Below are positions 7,624 to 15,737 of a stretch of 24,426 nt of DNA, piece by piece (the stretch's first letter is position 1; each line of letters starts with the position of its first letter). Both the position numbers and the translations under genes were made by a program. Where the stretch lies: positions 76,639 to 101,064 of the forward strand of contig CAYZDJ010000007.1 in the NCBI GenBank assembly GCA_964477265.1. Reading direction: 5' to 3'. Origin of the DNA: an uncultured Chitinophagaceae bacterium. GTDB taxonomy: Bacteria > Bacteroidota > Bacteroidia > Chitinophagales > Chitinophagaceae. The notes under the pieces were generated by a model. The model made no database searches. It was not told the DNA's origin and saw only the letters and a list, made by a program, of their open reading frames with translations.

Positions 7624-7640
7624 CCCCCTATCTTCGCAAC
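7624..7640 (+). promoter_or_regulatory. Promoter-like motif CCCCCTATCTTCGCAAC (variant -7 box TATCTTCG)
   Basis: The 13-nt core CCTATCTTCGCAA is identical to the motif upstream of gyrA (minus strand, 14822-14834). The box ends 20 nt before the sucC ATG. Confidence 0.5.
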
Positions 7641-7656
7641 GCAAAAAATTTTTACT

Positions 7657-8868
7657 ATGAATTTACACGAATACCAAGCTAAAGAATTATTAAAAAAATA
7701 CAATGTTCCTGTGCAGGAAGGCATTGCTGTTGAAACAGTAGAAGCTGCAGTAGAAGCCTATAATACAATTGCAGCACAAACCAATAATAAGTTTGCAGTT
7801 GTTAAAGCTCAAATACACGCAGGTGGACGTGGTAAAGGAAAAGTAAATGAAACAGGAATGAATGGTGTAAAAGTTGGTAAAAGTGCTGACGATATTAAAA
7901 GTTTTGCTGAAGGTATTTTAGGCGGAACTTTAGTTACTATTCAAACTGGTGCTGCTGGTAAAAAAGTAAACAAAATTTTAGTAGCACAAGATGTTTATTA
8001 TGATGGACCAAACAAGCAAAAAGAATTTTATTTATCGATTTTATTAGACAGAGCTAAAGGACAAAATGTAATTATGTATTCTACCGAAGGTGGAATGGAT
8101 ATTGAAGAAGTAGCTCATCATACACCAGAAAAAATATTTAAAGAATGGATTCACCCAAGTGGTGGTGTTCAAGGTTTTCAGGCTCGTAAAATAGCATTTA
8201 ACTTAGGCCTAAGTGGCGATGCTATGAAAAACTGTATGAAGTTTGTAACCAATCTTTATAATGCTTATGTTGGTTTAGATTGTGGAATGCTTGAGATAAA
8301 TCCTTTGTTTAAAACAAGTGATGAAAAAATTATTGCAGTTGACTGCAAAATGAATATTGATGACAATGCTTTAATGAGAAAGCCTGATATTGCTGCATTG
8401 CGTGATGTTACAGAAGAAGATCCAACTGAAGTTGAGGCTGGTGAGTTTAACTTGAATTTTGTAAAATTGGATGGTAATGTTGGTTGTATGGTAAATGGTG
8501 CAGGGCTTGCAATGGCTACAATGGATATGATTAAATTGGCTGGCGGTGAGCCTGCAAACTTCCTTGATGTTGGTGGTACTGCAAATGCTACAACAGTTGA
8601 AGCTGGTTTTAAAATCATTATGAAAGACCCTAATGTAAAAGCTATTCTTGTTAATATTTTTGGTGGTATTGTACGTTGCGATAGAGTTGCTGCAGGTGTT
8701 ATTGAAGCTTACAATAAATTAGGCAATATCAACATTCCAATCATTGTTCGTTTGCAAGGTACCAATGCAACAGAAGCTAAGAAATTAATTGATGAAAGTG
8801 GCTTGCAGGTTCAATCTGCAATCTTGCTAAGCGAAGCTGCTGATTTAGTTAAAAAAGCAGTTGCATAA
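7657..8868 (+). CDS. sucC: Succinate--CoA ligase (ADP-forming) subunit beta
   Basis: Canonical N-terminus MNLHEYQAKELLKKYNVPV, ATP-grasp region AQIHAGGRGKGK and C-terminal CoA-ligase domain GCMVNGAGLAMATMD...NIFGGIVRCD. 403 aa. No sucD follows. Confidence 0.97.
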   Translation: MNLHEYQAKELLKKYNVPVQEGIAVETVEAAVEAYNTIAAQTNNKFAVVKAQIHAGGRGKGKVNETGMNGVKVGKSADDIKSFAEGILGGTLVTIQTGAAGKKVNKILVAQDVYYDGPNKQKEFYLSILLDRAKGQNVIMYSTEGGMDIEEVAHHTPEKIFKEWIHPSGGVQGFQARKIAFNLGLSGDAMKNCMKFVTNLYNAYVGLDCGMLEINPLFKTSDEKIIAVDCKMNIDDNALMRKPDIAALRDVTEEDPTEVEAGEFNLNFVKLDGNVGCMVNGAGLAMATMDMIKLAGGEPANFLDVGGTANATTVEAGFKIIMKDPNVKAILVNIFGGIVRCDRVAAGVIEAYNKLGNINIPIIVRLQGTNATEAKKLIDESGLQVQSAILLSEAADLVKKAVA

Positions 8869-8893
8869 ATTTTATTTAGCTTTAAACAAATAT

Positions 8894-8929
8894 AAAAAAT
8901 CTCGAAGTTTTACTTCGAGATTTTTTTTT
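8894..8929. terminator. Bidirectional rho-independent terminator between convergent sucC and the esterase gene
   Basis: Stem ATCTCGAAG (8899-8907) pairs with CTTCGAGAT (8913-8921), 5-nt loop. An A-run lies 5' and a 9-T run 3', so a U-tract is available on both strands. Confidence 0.85.
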
Positions 8930-8956
8930 GTGAATAGCTTTTTGGGTATCACAAAT

Positions 8957-10099
8957 CTATTTTAACATCCATTCATAAAAGGCAGCAAATTCTTTGTGCC
9001 AGTATTTTTCGCTATGCTGCCCAAATTCGCTGGTAGTTCTGTACATTTTTATGTTCACTTTATTTGCAAAAATGTCAGCCATTTTATTCATATCATCAAT
9101 CATTTCCTTGCCTTCTTTATAACCACAATAAAAATAAATTTTAAACATTGATGGGTTTTTATAAGTTGCTGCATTTACAAACAATTCCTTGCAAGTCCAA
9201 AACGCTGGTGAAAAAACTCCAACGCCACCAAATGTTTGTGGATATTGCATCATGGCATATAAGCTTATTACTGCACCCATGCTGCTGCCAATAATAAAAG
9301 TATTTTCAGCGTTCTTTTTTGTTCTGTATTTACCATCAATAAAAGGTTTTAAGGTATTGGCAATAAAATCAACATATTGCTTACCTTCTGCTTTTATTTT
9401 CTTTTTATTACTTTCAAAATCATAAGGTGCATATTCATTTAATCTTTTATCCCCACCATTATCAATACCAACAACAATACACTCCTTGCCATTTGCTTTT
9501 TGAATGCTATCTAATATTTCATCAACTCCCCATTCTCCAAAAGGTGCAGTTTGTTCATTAAATAAATTTTGTCCATCCTGCATATACATTACAGGATAAG
9601 ATTTATTGGATGTAGCATATCCTTTTGGCAAATACAACCAAATCCTTCGCTTTCTGTCAAGTTGTGGCATTACAAAAGCAGTGTCAATAATTTTTACCTG
9701 AGGGCTTGCTGTATATGGCTTTGGTTTATCAGGATAATTGTCTTTCCAGCCTTTAATAGTTATTTCTTCTGTAACATCTTTATCTGTTACTTCAATTACT
9801 CTATCAGCAATATCACGTCCATCGCCTTCTGTTTCTACTTTTTCAAAACTGCCACGCGTAAATTTAAAGGCATAAGTTCCGGCAGGAATATCTTTAATAA
9901 CAACAGCTTTACGTCCTGCTGCAAATGGCTTCAATTTATAGTTTGCATCTCGTGGATTCCAGTTGTTAAAATTTCCTGCAATATAAATATCGTCCTGGTT
10001 TTTTGTTGCAACACTGGTTACAATTAAACGAATATTATATTGGCAAAAACCAATGCTGGCAAGGATTGTAAATAATGCAACTGAGAATATTTTTTTCAT
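8957..10099 (-). CDS. Secreted esterase-family alpha/beta hydrolase with an N-terminal CBM48/AMPK-beta-like glycan-binding module
   Basis: Signal peptide MKKIFSVALFTILASIGFCQ. N-terminal IYIAGNFNNWNP...GTYAFKFTRG resembles the glycogen-binding-module pattern. The C-terminal part carries YPVMYMQDGQNLF and a GSSMG nucleophile elbow (putative esterase, PF00756-like). I prefer the ATG at 10099 over the GTG at 10105 used by the ORF track. Confidence 0.8.
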   Translation of the reverse strand: MKKIFSVALFTILASIGFCQYNIRLIVTSVATKNQDDIYIAGNFNNWNPRDANYKLKPFAAGRKAVVIKDIPAGTYAFKFTRGSFEKVETEGDGRDIADRVIEVTDKDVTEEITIKGWKDNYPDKPKPYTASPQVKIIDTAFVMPQLDRKRRIWLYLPKGYATSNKSYPVMYMQDGQNLFNEQTAPFGEWGVDEILDSIQKANGKECIVVGIDNGGDKRLNEYAPYDFESNKKKIKAEGKQYVDFIANTLKPFIDGKYRTKKNAENTFIIGSSMGAVISLYAMMQYPQTFGGVGVFSPAFWTCKELFVNAATYKNPSMFKIYFYCGYKEGKEMIDDMNKMADIFANKVNIKMYRTTSEFGQHSEKYWHKEFAAFYEWMLK

Positions 10100-10104
10100 A
10101 AACA

Positions 10105-10512
10105 CTATTTTATCTGTTTCTTTTCAATTACAATCTTAGGCAATAAACTCATCACTAACATTATAAAAGCAAATAGCAACAATAAGTATAAACCATATTT
10201 TACTTCCGGGCAATCACCTGCCCTACACATTTTGAATAAAATAAAATTCTTGATTGCCCAACTGAAATTTAAAAAGCAAATGAAAATATTAGTACGTTTT
10301 GCCCATATTTTATTCAATAAAAAGAAAACTATACTAATGCAACAAAAGAATGCGTGAGGCTTTATTTGTGTTCCAAAAGTAAACTGTTCATTAACAAAAC
10401 CATTAACGCCATTAAGTACTTTGTGCATTGATGTAATCTCTATCCATGGAAAAAAACAGCTTGTAATTAGTAGCAAAGCAGCAATTATGCCAATGTGTTG
10501 CGAGTATTTCAT
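10105..10512 (-). CDS. Hypothetical small integral membrane protein
   Basis: 135 aa with about 4 hydrophobic helices. Its TAG stop lies 5 nt upstream of the esterase ATG, which suggests co-transcription. No recognisable family. Confidence 0.55.
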   Translation of the reverse strand: MKYSQHIGIIAALLLITSCFFPWIEITSMHKVLNGVNGFVNEQFTFGTQIKPHAFFCCISIVFFLLNKIWAKRTNIFICFLNFSWAIKNFILFKMCRAGDCPEVKYGLYLLLLFAFIMLVMSLLPKIVIEKKQIK

Positions 10513-10526
10513 TTAATATTTTTTGC

Positions 10527-10558
10527 AAATAAAAAAGGTTGTTTGTTACAACAACCTT
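10527..10558 (-). terminator. Rho-independent terminator after the 10572-11957 gene
   Basis: On the minus strand, AAGGUUGUU pairs with AACAACCUU (10535-10543 with 10550-10558), 6-nt loop, followed by UUUUUUAUUUG. It ends only ~17 nt before the next start codon at 10512. Confidence 0.6.
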
Positions 10559-10571
10559 AATCAAGTATTTT

Positions 10572-11957
10572 TTATAATTTGTTATACATATCATCGTAAT
10601 ATTTAAACTTGGCTTCAGCAGCATCAAAAGCCTTTACATCTTTACCACGTGCTTTATCCATTCTATAATTAAACAAATTTGTCAGGTTATTAACCGCATT
10701 TTTTAAACTTGTTTTTTCAACTTTAGATTTATCAGCCTTGTCTTTCAATAAGGTTACAGTTTTTTCAAACCACTCAATTGAATTGTTAGTAATATCAATC
10801 ATTTTAACTTCCAACTCAGCATTGGCTTTTTTTATTGGCTCTGTTTGCTCTTTAATTTTAGCATCGGCAGCAGCTTTTTTCTTAGGGTCTTTTTCTACTG
10901 TCTTTGTTGCATTTATTTCCTGAAGTTTTTTAACATTATCTCTTTGCATATCATCATAAGCACTATACTCTGTATAATACAACAAGCCCACATTATAAGC
11001 CATTAATTCATTGTTGGTAAGTTTATATGCTTTTGCAAATGCTTCCCTTGCTTTACCATGAATCATTAGTTTTCTTGTAATATCCTTGTCAAGCGTTTCT
11101 TTTTCTTCTTTGCTATGCTGAGAAAACATACTACCAAAATAAATATAGTCATCACCATTTAAAGTGTTTTTAGCATCTTCTTCGCTATACACTTTAAGTT
11201 TTTCATCCAAATTCGAATTCCTGTTCATATACTCCAATTTGTAAGCCTTGTAATCCTCTGTTGGAAAAATTTCTTGTGCAATAGCAAGATATTTATCAAA
11301 ATTGGCTTTGTCTTTTAAATCAATAAAATCTGTAAGCAACAATTTATACATTTCAGCATCTTCTTTAACAGCATATTTTTTATCTGCTAAGAATGTTAAG
11401 TACTTTACAGCTTCAGGAATTTTCTTTGCATTTTGTGCAGAATAGCCTGCATATAAAAAAGGTATTGTATCTAATGCACCACCATTTTGTCTTAAATCTC
11501 TTGCCATCATAATTTTTGTCATTTCAACACACCTGTCAAAACCTGCAAAAGCATTTTCATAATCTTTTTCCTTAAAGGCTTTAGCCCCTTTGTTGTAATT
11601 ATCATTATATAAAATTCCAAGTGGTTTCCAGCTAAATGGAATTTCAGAAAGTAATTTATAATTAGGTTCTAAAGCTTCGTACTTTTTAAAAGCTTCGTAG
11701 CTTGTTTGAATACAAGTTGGACAAGAAGCATTTAATTTTTCATCCTGTGCAACAACAGCATCTAAAGTACTTTTCCATAACCAAAACTCAGCACTGTTAG
11801 TATATTGTGGATTGGCAATAGCCTGATCAATTAATTGCTTTGCATTCTTGATATCTTTTGTAAGATATTTTTTTTCAACCTCGGTAAACAGCTTATCCTG
11901 AGAAAAAAGACTTGCAGTAAACAAAGCAGCAGCAACCGTTAAAGTTATTTTTTTCAT
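10572..11957 (-). CDS. Secreted Lys/Glu-rich helical-repeat (possibly TPR-like) protein, hypothetical
   Basis: Signal peptide MKKITLTVAAALFTASLFSQ. 461 aa with strongly helical-looking composition. It lies 64 nt downstream of gyrA on the same strand with no terminator between them. Confidence 0.65.
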   Translation of the reverse strand: MKKITLTVAAALFTASLFSQDKLFTEVEKKYLTKDIKNAKQLIDQAIANPQYTNSAEFWLWKSTLDAVVAQDEKLNASCPTCIQTSYEAFKKYEALEPNYKLLSEIPFSWKPLGILYNDNYNKGAKAFKEKDYENAFAGFDRCVEMTKIMMARDLRQNGGALDTIPFLYAGYSAQNAKKIPEAVKYLTFLADKKYAVKEDAEMYKLLLTDFIDLKDKANFDKYLAIAQEIFPTEDYKAYKLEYMNRNSNLDEKLKVYSEEDAKNTLNGDDYIYFGSMFSQHSKEEKETLDKDITRKLMIHGKAREAFAKAYKLTNNELMAYNVGLLYYTEYSAYDDMQRDNVKKLQEINATKTVEKDPKKKAAADAKIKEQTEPIKKANAELEVKMIDITNNSIEWFEKTVTLLKDKADKSKVEKTSLKNAVNNLTNLFNYRMDKARGKDVKAFDAAEAKFKYYDDMYNKL

Positions 11958-12021
11958 CGTTTTTGATTAATTATTATTGATTTGAAATATTGATGATTCA
12001 AATTAAAGAATTACATAAATA

Positions 12022-14724
12022 TTATTCGTTTTCTGTTTTAGTTTCATCAGCATTGTCAGCAGCAGTTTCATCGTTACTGCTTTCTATAGCTTTTGATTCA
12101 TCATTAACAATTCCGCTTTCTTCAGTTATCACAGATTCTTCCTCTTCTTCTTGTTCTTCAATTTTACTGATTGCAGCAATAGAATCCTCCCCTTTTAACT
12201 TGATTAAAGTTACACCTTGGGTATTTCTGCCACTTTGCTTAATAGCTGAAATTTTAGTACGAATTGTAATGCCACTTTCACAGGTAATGATTAAATCTTC
12301 ATTTTCCATTACATCTAAAATGCCTACAAGCTTACCAGTTTTTTCAGTAACATTAATCGTTTTAACTCCTTTGCCACCACGATTTGTAATTCTGTAAACA
12401 TCTTCTCCATCAGCATCAATTAATGGTGTGCGTTTTCCAAAACCTTTTTCACTTACCACCAAAACAGTTTTGCTTCTGTCATCCCTGTTAATGGTAATCA
12501 TACCAACTACTTCATCAGTTTTATCATCCACCTCAATACCATAAACACCTATTGCACCACGACCAGTTGAACGAACTTTTTCTTCTGGGAAACGAATGGC
12601 ACGACCACTTTTAACTGCCATCATAATTTCACAATTACCATCAGTTAAACGAGCAGCCAAAAGTTCATCGCCTTCGCTAATTGTAATAGCATTAATTCCA
12701 TTTGCCCTTGGACGACTAAAATCTTCTAAATCTGTTTTTTTAATAATGCCTTGTTTGGTACAAAGCACAATGTATTTTCCAGCAATAGCTTCTTTATCCT
12801 GTAAATCTCTCACTTCAATAATTGCTTTTACTTTATCATCAGGTGGAATTTGAATAAGGTTTTGAATGGCTCTTCCTTTACCAGCTTTTTCACCATCAGG
12901 TATTTCATAAACATTTAACCAAAAGCATCTTCCTTTTTCTGTAAAGAACAACATTGTATCGTGTGTAGATGCTACAAACAAATGTTCAACAAAATCTTCA
13001 TCGCGTGTTTTAGCACCAATAGCACCTTTGCCACCACGTTTTTGAGCTCTGTAATCGCTGCCAGTTGTGCGTTTTACATAACCTAAATGAGAAATGGTAA
13101 TTACCACATCTTCTTCTTTAATGAAGTCAAGCATATTGGCTTCATCAGCTAAATATTGAATTTCGCTACGACGAGGTTCACCAAATTTTTGTTTTACTTC
13201 AAGTAATTCTGTTTTAATTAAATCAAAACGTAATGGTTCACTTGCCAATAAATCTTTTAATCTGCCAATGGTTATCATCAAACCATTAAACTCTTCAATA
13301 ATTTTTTCACGCTCCATACCTGTTAAGCGTTGTAAACGAAGCTCCATAATAGCCTGAGCTTGTTTTTCACTTAATCCAATGCCTTGTGTATAGTGCTTTG
13401 TAGCTTCTTCATTAAACAATGCTGTTGGCAGATGCCATTTATCTTCAACACTCTTTGCAATCAAACCTTGTTTAGCTTCATCAGGTGTAGCACTACCACG
13501 AATGATAGAAATAGCTGCATCTAAATGATCTTTATCTGCAATTACTTTTAAAAATCCTTCTAGTAAATGAGCTCTTTCTTCTGCTTTCTTTAATTCAAAT
13601 TTTGTTCTTCTGATTACTACGTCCATTCTAAATTCAATAAACTCAGCAATCAAATCTCTTGTATTAAAAATATGAGGGCGGCCTTTGCTGATAGCAACAT
13701 TGTTGATACCAAAGCTAGTTTGCAACTCTGTGAACTTATACAACATATTGATAACAATATTGGCAACTGCATCACGCTTTAAGTCAACTACAATACGTGT
13801 TCCTTCACGTTTGTTGCTCTCATTGTTTACGTGTGCAATACCATCAATTGTTTTATCATTTACTAATTGTCCAATCTTATCAGTCAATCCATCAAGACTA
13901 ACCTGGTATGGTACTTCTGTAATTACAATTTGTTCGCGTCCGCTTGGTTTGGTATCAATTTGGCATTTACCACGCACCACTACCCTACCACGACCTGTTA
14001 ACATTCCTTGTTTCACACCTTCCATTCCATAAATAACGCCACCTGTAGGAAAATCTGGTGCTTTAACAAATTGCAACATTTCCTCTGGTGTAATCTCTCT
14101 GTTGTCAATGTAAGCAACACATCCATCAATTACCTCACTTAAATTATGAGGCATCATGTTAGTTGCCATACCTACAGCTATACCACTGCTACCATTAATT
14201 AATAATTGAGGAATACGCGTTGGTAATACACTTGGCTCTTCAAGGCTGTCATCAAAGTTGGGTTGAAAATCTACAGTATCTTTTTCAATGTCTTCCAACA
14301 TCGCTTCTGCAAATTTTTGCAAACGAACTTCGGTATAACGCATTGCTGCTGGTGGATCACCATCTTGTGTACCAAAGTTACCTTGTCCATCAACCATTGT
14401 ATGACGCATTGTAAACTCCTGTGCCATACGCACCAAAGTATCATAAATACTGGCATCGCCATGAGGATGGTATTTACCCATTACCTCACCTACAATTCTT
14501 GCACTTTTTTTATAAGGTTTGTTGCTGCCATTGCCTAGCTCATTCATTGAGTATAAAACCCTGCGATGAACTGGTTTGAAACCATCTCTTACATCTGGTA
14601 AAGCACGACCAACAATAACTGACATTGAATAGTCGATGTAGGCTGTTTTCATTTGTTCCTCAATAGGAACCTGTATCACACGATCGTTATCACTTGTCTG
14701 TTCTGGTAATTGATTATCTTCCAT
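12022..14724 (-). CDS. gyrA: DNA gyrase subunit A
   Basis: Canonical motifs: YSMSVIVGRALPDVRDGFKPVHRR, the QRDR HPHGDASIYDTLVRMAQ, the catalytic-Tyr region AAMRYTEVRL and C-terminal beta-pinwheel repeats. 900 aa including a 45-aa acidic tail. Confidence 0.98.
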   Translation of the reverse strand: MEDNQLPEQTSDNDRVIQVPIEEQMKTAYIDYSMSVIVGRALPDVRDGFKPVHRRVLYSMNELGNGSNKPYKKSARIVGEVMGKYHPHGDASIYDTLVRMAQEFTMRHTMVDGQGNFGTQDGDPPAAMRYTEVRLQKFAEAMLEDIEKDTVDFQPNFDDSLEEPSVLPTRIPQLLINGSSGIAVGMATNMMPHNLSEVIDGCVAYIDNREITPEEMLQFVKAPDFPTGGVIYGMEGVKQGMLTGRGRVVVRGKCQIDTKPSGREQIVITEVPYQVSLDGLTDKIGQLVNDKTIDGIAHVNNESNKREGTRIVVDLKRDAVANIVINMLYKFTELQTSFGINNVAISKGRPHIFNTRDLIAEFIEFRMDVVIRRTKFELKKAEERAHLLEGFLKVIADKDHLDAAISIIRGSATPDEAKQGLIAKSVEDKWHLPTALFNEEATKHYTQGIGLSEKQAQAIMELRLQRLTGMEREKIIEEFNGLMITIGRLKDLLASEPLRFDLIKTELLEVKQKFGEPRRSEIQYLADEANMLDFIKEEDVVITISHLGYVKRTTGSDYRAQKRGGKGAIGAKTRDEDFVEHLFVASTHDTMLFFTEKGRCFWLNVYEIPDGEKAGKGRAIQNLIQIPPDDKVKAIIEVRDLQDKEAIAGKYIVLCTKQGIIKKTDLEDFSRPRANGINAITISEGDELLAARLTDGNCEIMMAVKSGRAIRFPEEKVRSTGRGAIGVYGIEVDDKTDEVVGMITINRDDRSKTVLVVSEKGFGKRTPLIDADGEDVYRITNRGGKGVKTINVTEKTGKLVGILDVMENEDLIITCESGITIRTKISAIKQSGRNTQGVTLIKLKGEDSIAAISKIEEQEEEEESVITEESGIVNDESKAIESSNDETAADNADETKTENE

Positions 14725-14734
14725 TTAATTTTTT

Positions 14735-14811
14735 GTTTAAGGTTTGATGTTTAAAGTTTGATGTTGATTTTTTACCAACTTTTAAACTTAAAACATTAAA
14801 CTTTTTGAACC
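14735..14811. repeat. Heptad-periodic dyad-symmetric array in the gyrA 5' leader
   Basis: Plus strand parses as GTTTAAG GTTTGAT GTTTAAA GTTTGAT GTTGATT TTTTACC AACTTTT AAACTTA AAACATT AAACTTT TTGAACC, 11 in-phase heptamers. The right half complements the left (GTTT with AAAC). Confidence 0.8.
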
Positions 14812-14819
14812 TTTTTTAG

Positions 14820-14834
14820 GTTTGCGAAGATAGG
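14820..14834 (-). promoter_or_regulatory. Promoter-like motif CCTATCTTCGCAAAC upstream of gyrA
   Basis: The reverse complement of 14820-14834 shares 13 identical nt (CCTATCTTCGCAA) with the sucC upstream motif. It implies a ~90-100 nt leader. Confidence 0.5.
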
Positions 14835-15060
14835 TTTTTGAGGGTAAGAAATGACGTGCAAATGTGTTTCAACAAGGTGTAGTTATCCACATTTTATATT
14901 AAAAAAATTAAACGAATGGACTAAGGAAAAATGTATGCTAATTATGAAATATTATTGCAAAAAATAAATGACAAACTGCCATAAAAAAAATAGTGGTGCT
15001 TAGTTTGTAATAAAAGCGAAGTATTGAATACAAATATTTCATATTTAAAAAAATAAAAAA

Positions 15061-15654
15061 ATGAGTACAAAAAATTTAACCCTGATTGTTATTGGTGTTT
15101 TCATCCTTTTTCTTGGTGGCTGTGGCTGCAATAGCTATAATGGTTTGGCTGGTGGCGACCAGGAAGTTAAAAATTCGTGGAGTAATGTAGAAACCAATTA
15201 TCAACGTAGAACAGATTTGTATAGCAGCATAATTAAAACTATTGAAGGTTCTGCCAATTTTGAAAAAAGCACTTTAAAAGCAGTGTTAGATGCACGTGCT
15301 TCTGCCACTCAGGTTAAAGTTGATATTAACGACCCACAAACTTTAGAAAAATATCAAGCTGCACAAGGACAATTGCAAAGCAGTTTTGGAAGATTAATGG
15401 CGATTGCTGAAGCTTATCCTGATTTGAAGACAACAAAATCTTTCCAGGATTTTCAGGCACAAATTGAAGGAACAGAAAACAGGATTAATATTGCTCGTCA
15501 GGATTATAATGGTGCTGTAAAAAACTTTAATTTAAAAGTTGTAAAATTCCCAAATAATATTTTTGCTGGTATCTTTCATTTCAAAGAAAAACCTTTTTAT
15601 AAAGCTGATGCTGGAAGTGAAAAAGCACCTGATATTAATTTCAATATTAAATAA
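15061..15654 (+). CDS. lemA: LemA family protein
   Basis: N-terminal anchor or lipobox region (IGVFILFLGGCGC), followed by the LemA-typical NSWSNVETNYQRRTDLYSSII...AYPDLK...EGTENRINIARQDYN. Confidence 0.9.
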   Translation: MSTKNLTLIVIGVFILFLGGCGCNSYNGLAGGDQEVKNSWSNVETNYQRRTDLYSSIIKTIEGSANFEKSTLKAVLDARASATQVKVDINDPQTLEKYQAAQGQLQSSFGRLMAIAEAYPDLKTTKSFQDFQAQIEGTENRINIARQDYNGAVKNFNLKVVKFPNNIFAGIFHFKEKPFYKADAGSEKAPDINFNIK

Positions 15655-15663
15655 GCTACTACC

Positions 15664-15698
15664 AAACATTCGGAAAGATTAAAGCTTTCCGAATGTTT
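15664..15698 (+). promoter_or_regulatory. Intra-operon stem-loop between lemA and the first TPM gene
   Basis: Perfect 14-bp stem (AAACATTCGGAAAG at 15664-15677 pairs with CTTTCCGAATGTTT at 15685-15698), 7-nt loop. Only a short U-run follows, so it is a partial terminator or processing/stability element rather than a strong terminator. Confidence 0.6.
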
Positions 15699-15737
15699 TG
15701 AAAACATATCATCATTTCATCACTTATCATTATTTCA

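Noticed and set aside
8265-10027. Antisense ORFs within sucC (8265-8618) and within the esterase gene (9189-9425, 9569-10027)
   Set aside because: They are embedded in well-supported genes on the opposite strand and have no family resemblance.
10099-10105. GTG at 10105 as the esterase start, giving a 1-nt overlap with the upstream stop
   Set aside because: An ATG two codons downstream (10099) yields a canonical MKK signal peptide. The difference is trivial and cannot be resolved from sequence alone.
10412-10923. ORFs 10412-10627 (minus) and 10738-10923 (plus)
   Set aside because: The first spans the terminator hairpin and overlaps two better-supported genes. The second is antisense within the 10572-11957 gene.
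11990-14538. Plus-strand ORFs inside gyrA (11990-12397, 12596-12853, 13685-14032, 14220-14414, 14263-14538) and the same-strand alternate-frame ORF at 14271-14462
   Set aside because: All lie entirely within the strongly supported gyrA CDS. Their low-complexity S/L/I-rich translations have no recognisable motifs. They are shadow ORFs.
14883-14891. Perfect DnaA box TTATCCACA in the AT-rich gyrA-lemA divergent spacer (possible oriC)
   Set aside because: There is only a single box and I found no cluster of consensus or 1-mismatch boxes nearby. One 9-mer match in 24 kb on two strands is near chance expectation. No dnaA or dnaN is in the window.
14851-14967. 38-codon Cys/Lys-rich small ORF (MTCKCVSTRCSYPHFILKKLNEWTKEKCMLIMKYYCKK) in the gyrA-lemA spacer
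   Set aside because: An ORF of this length is plausible by chance in this composition (rough estimate a few percent per start). It has no supporting signal or homology I can recognise, and it begins about 20 nt from the gyrA promoter-like motif on the opposite strand. Worth a ribosome-profiling look only.
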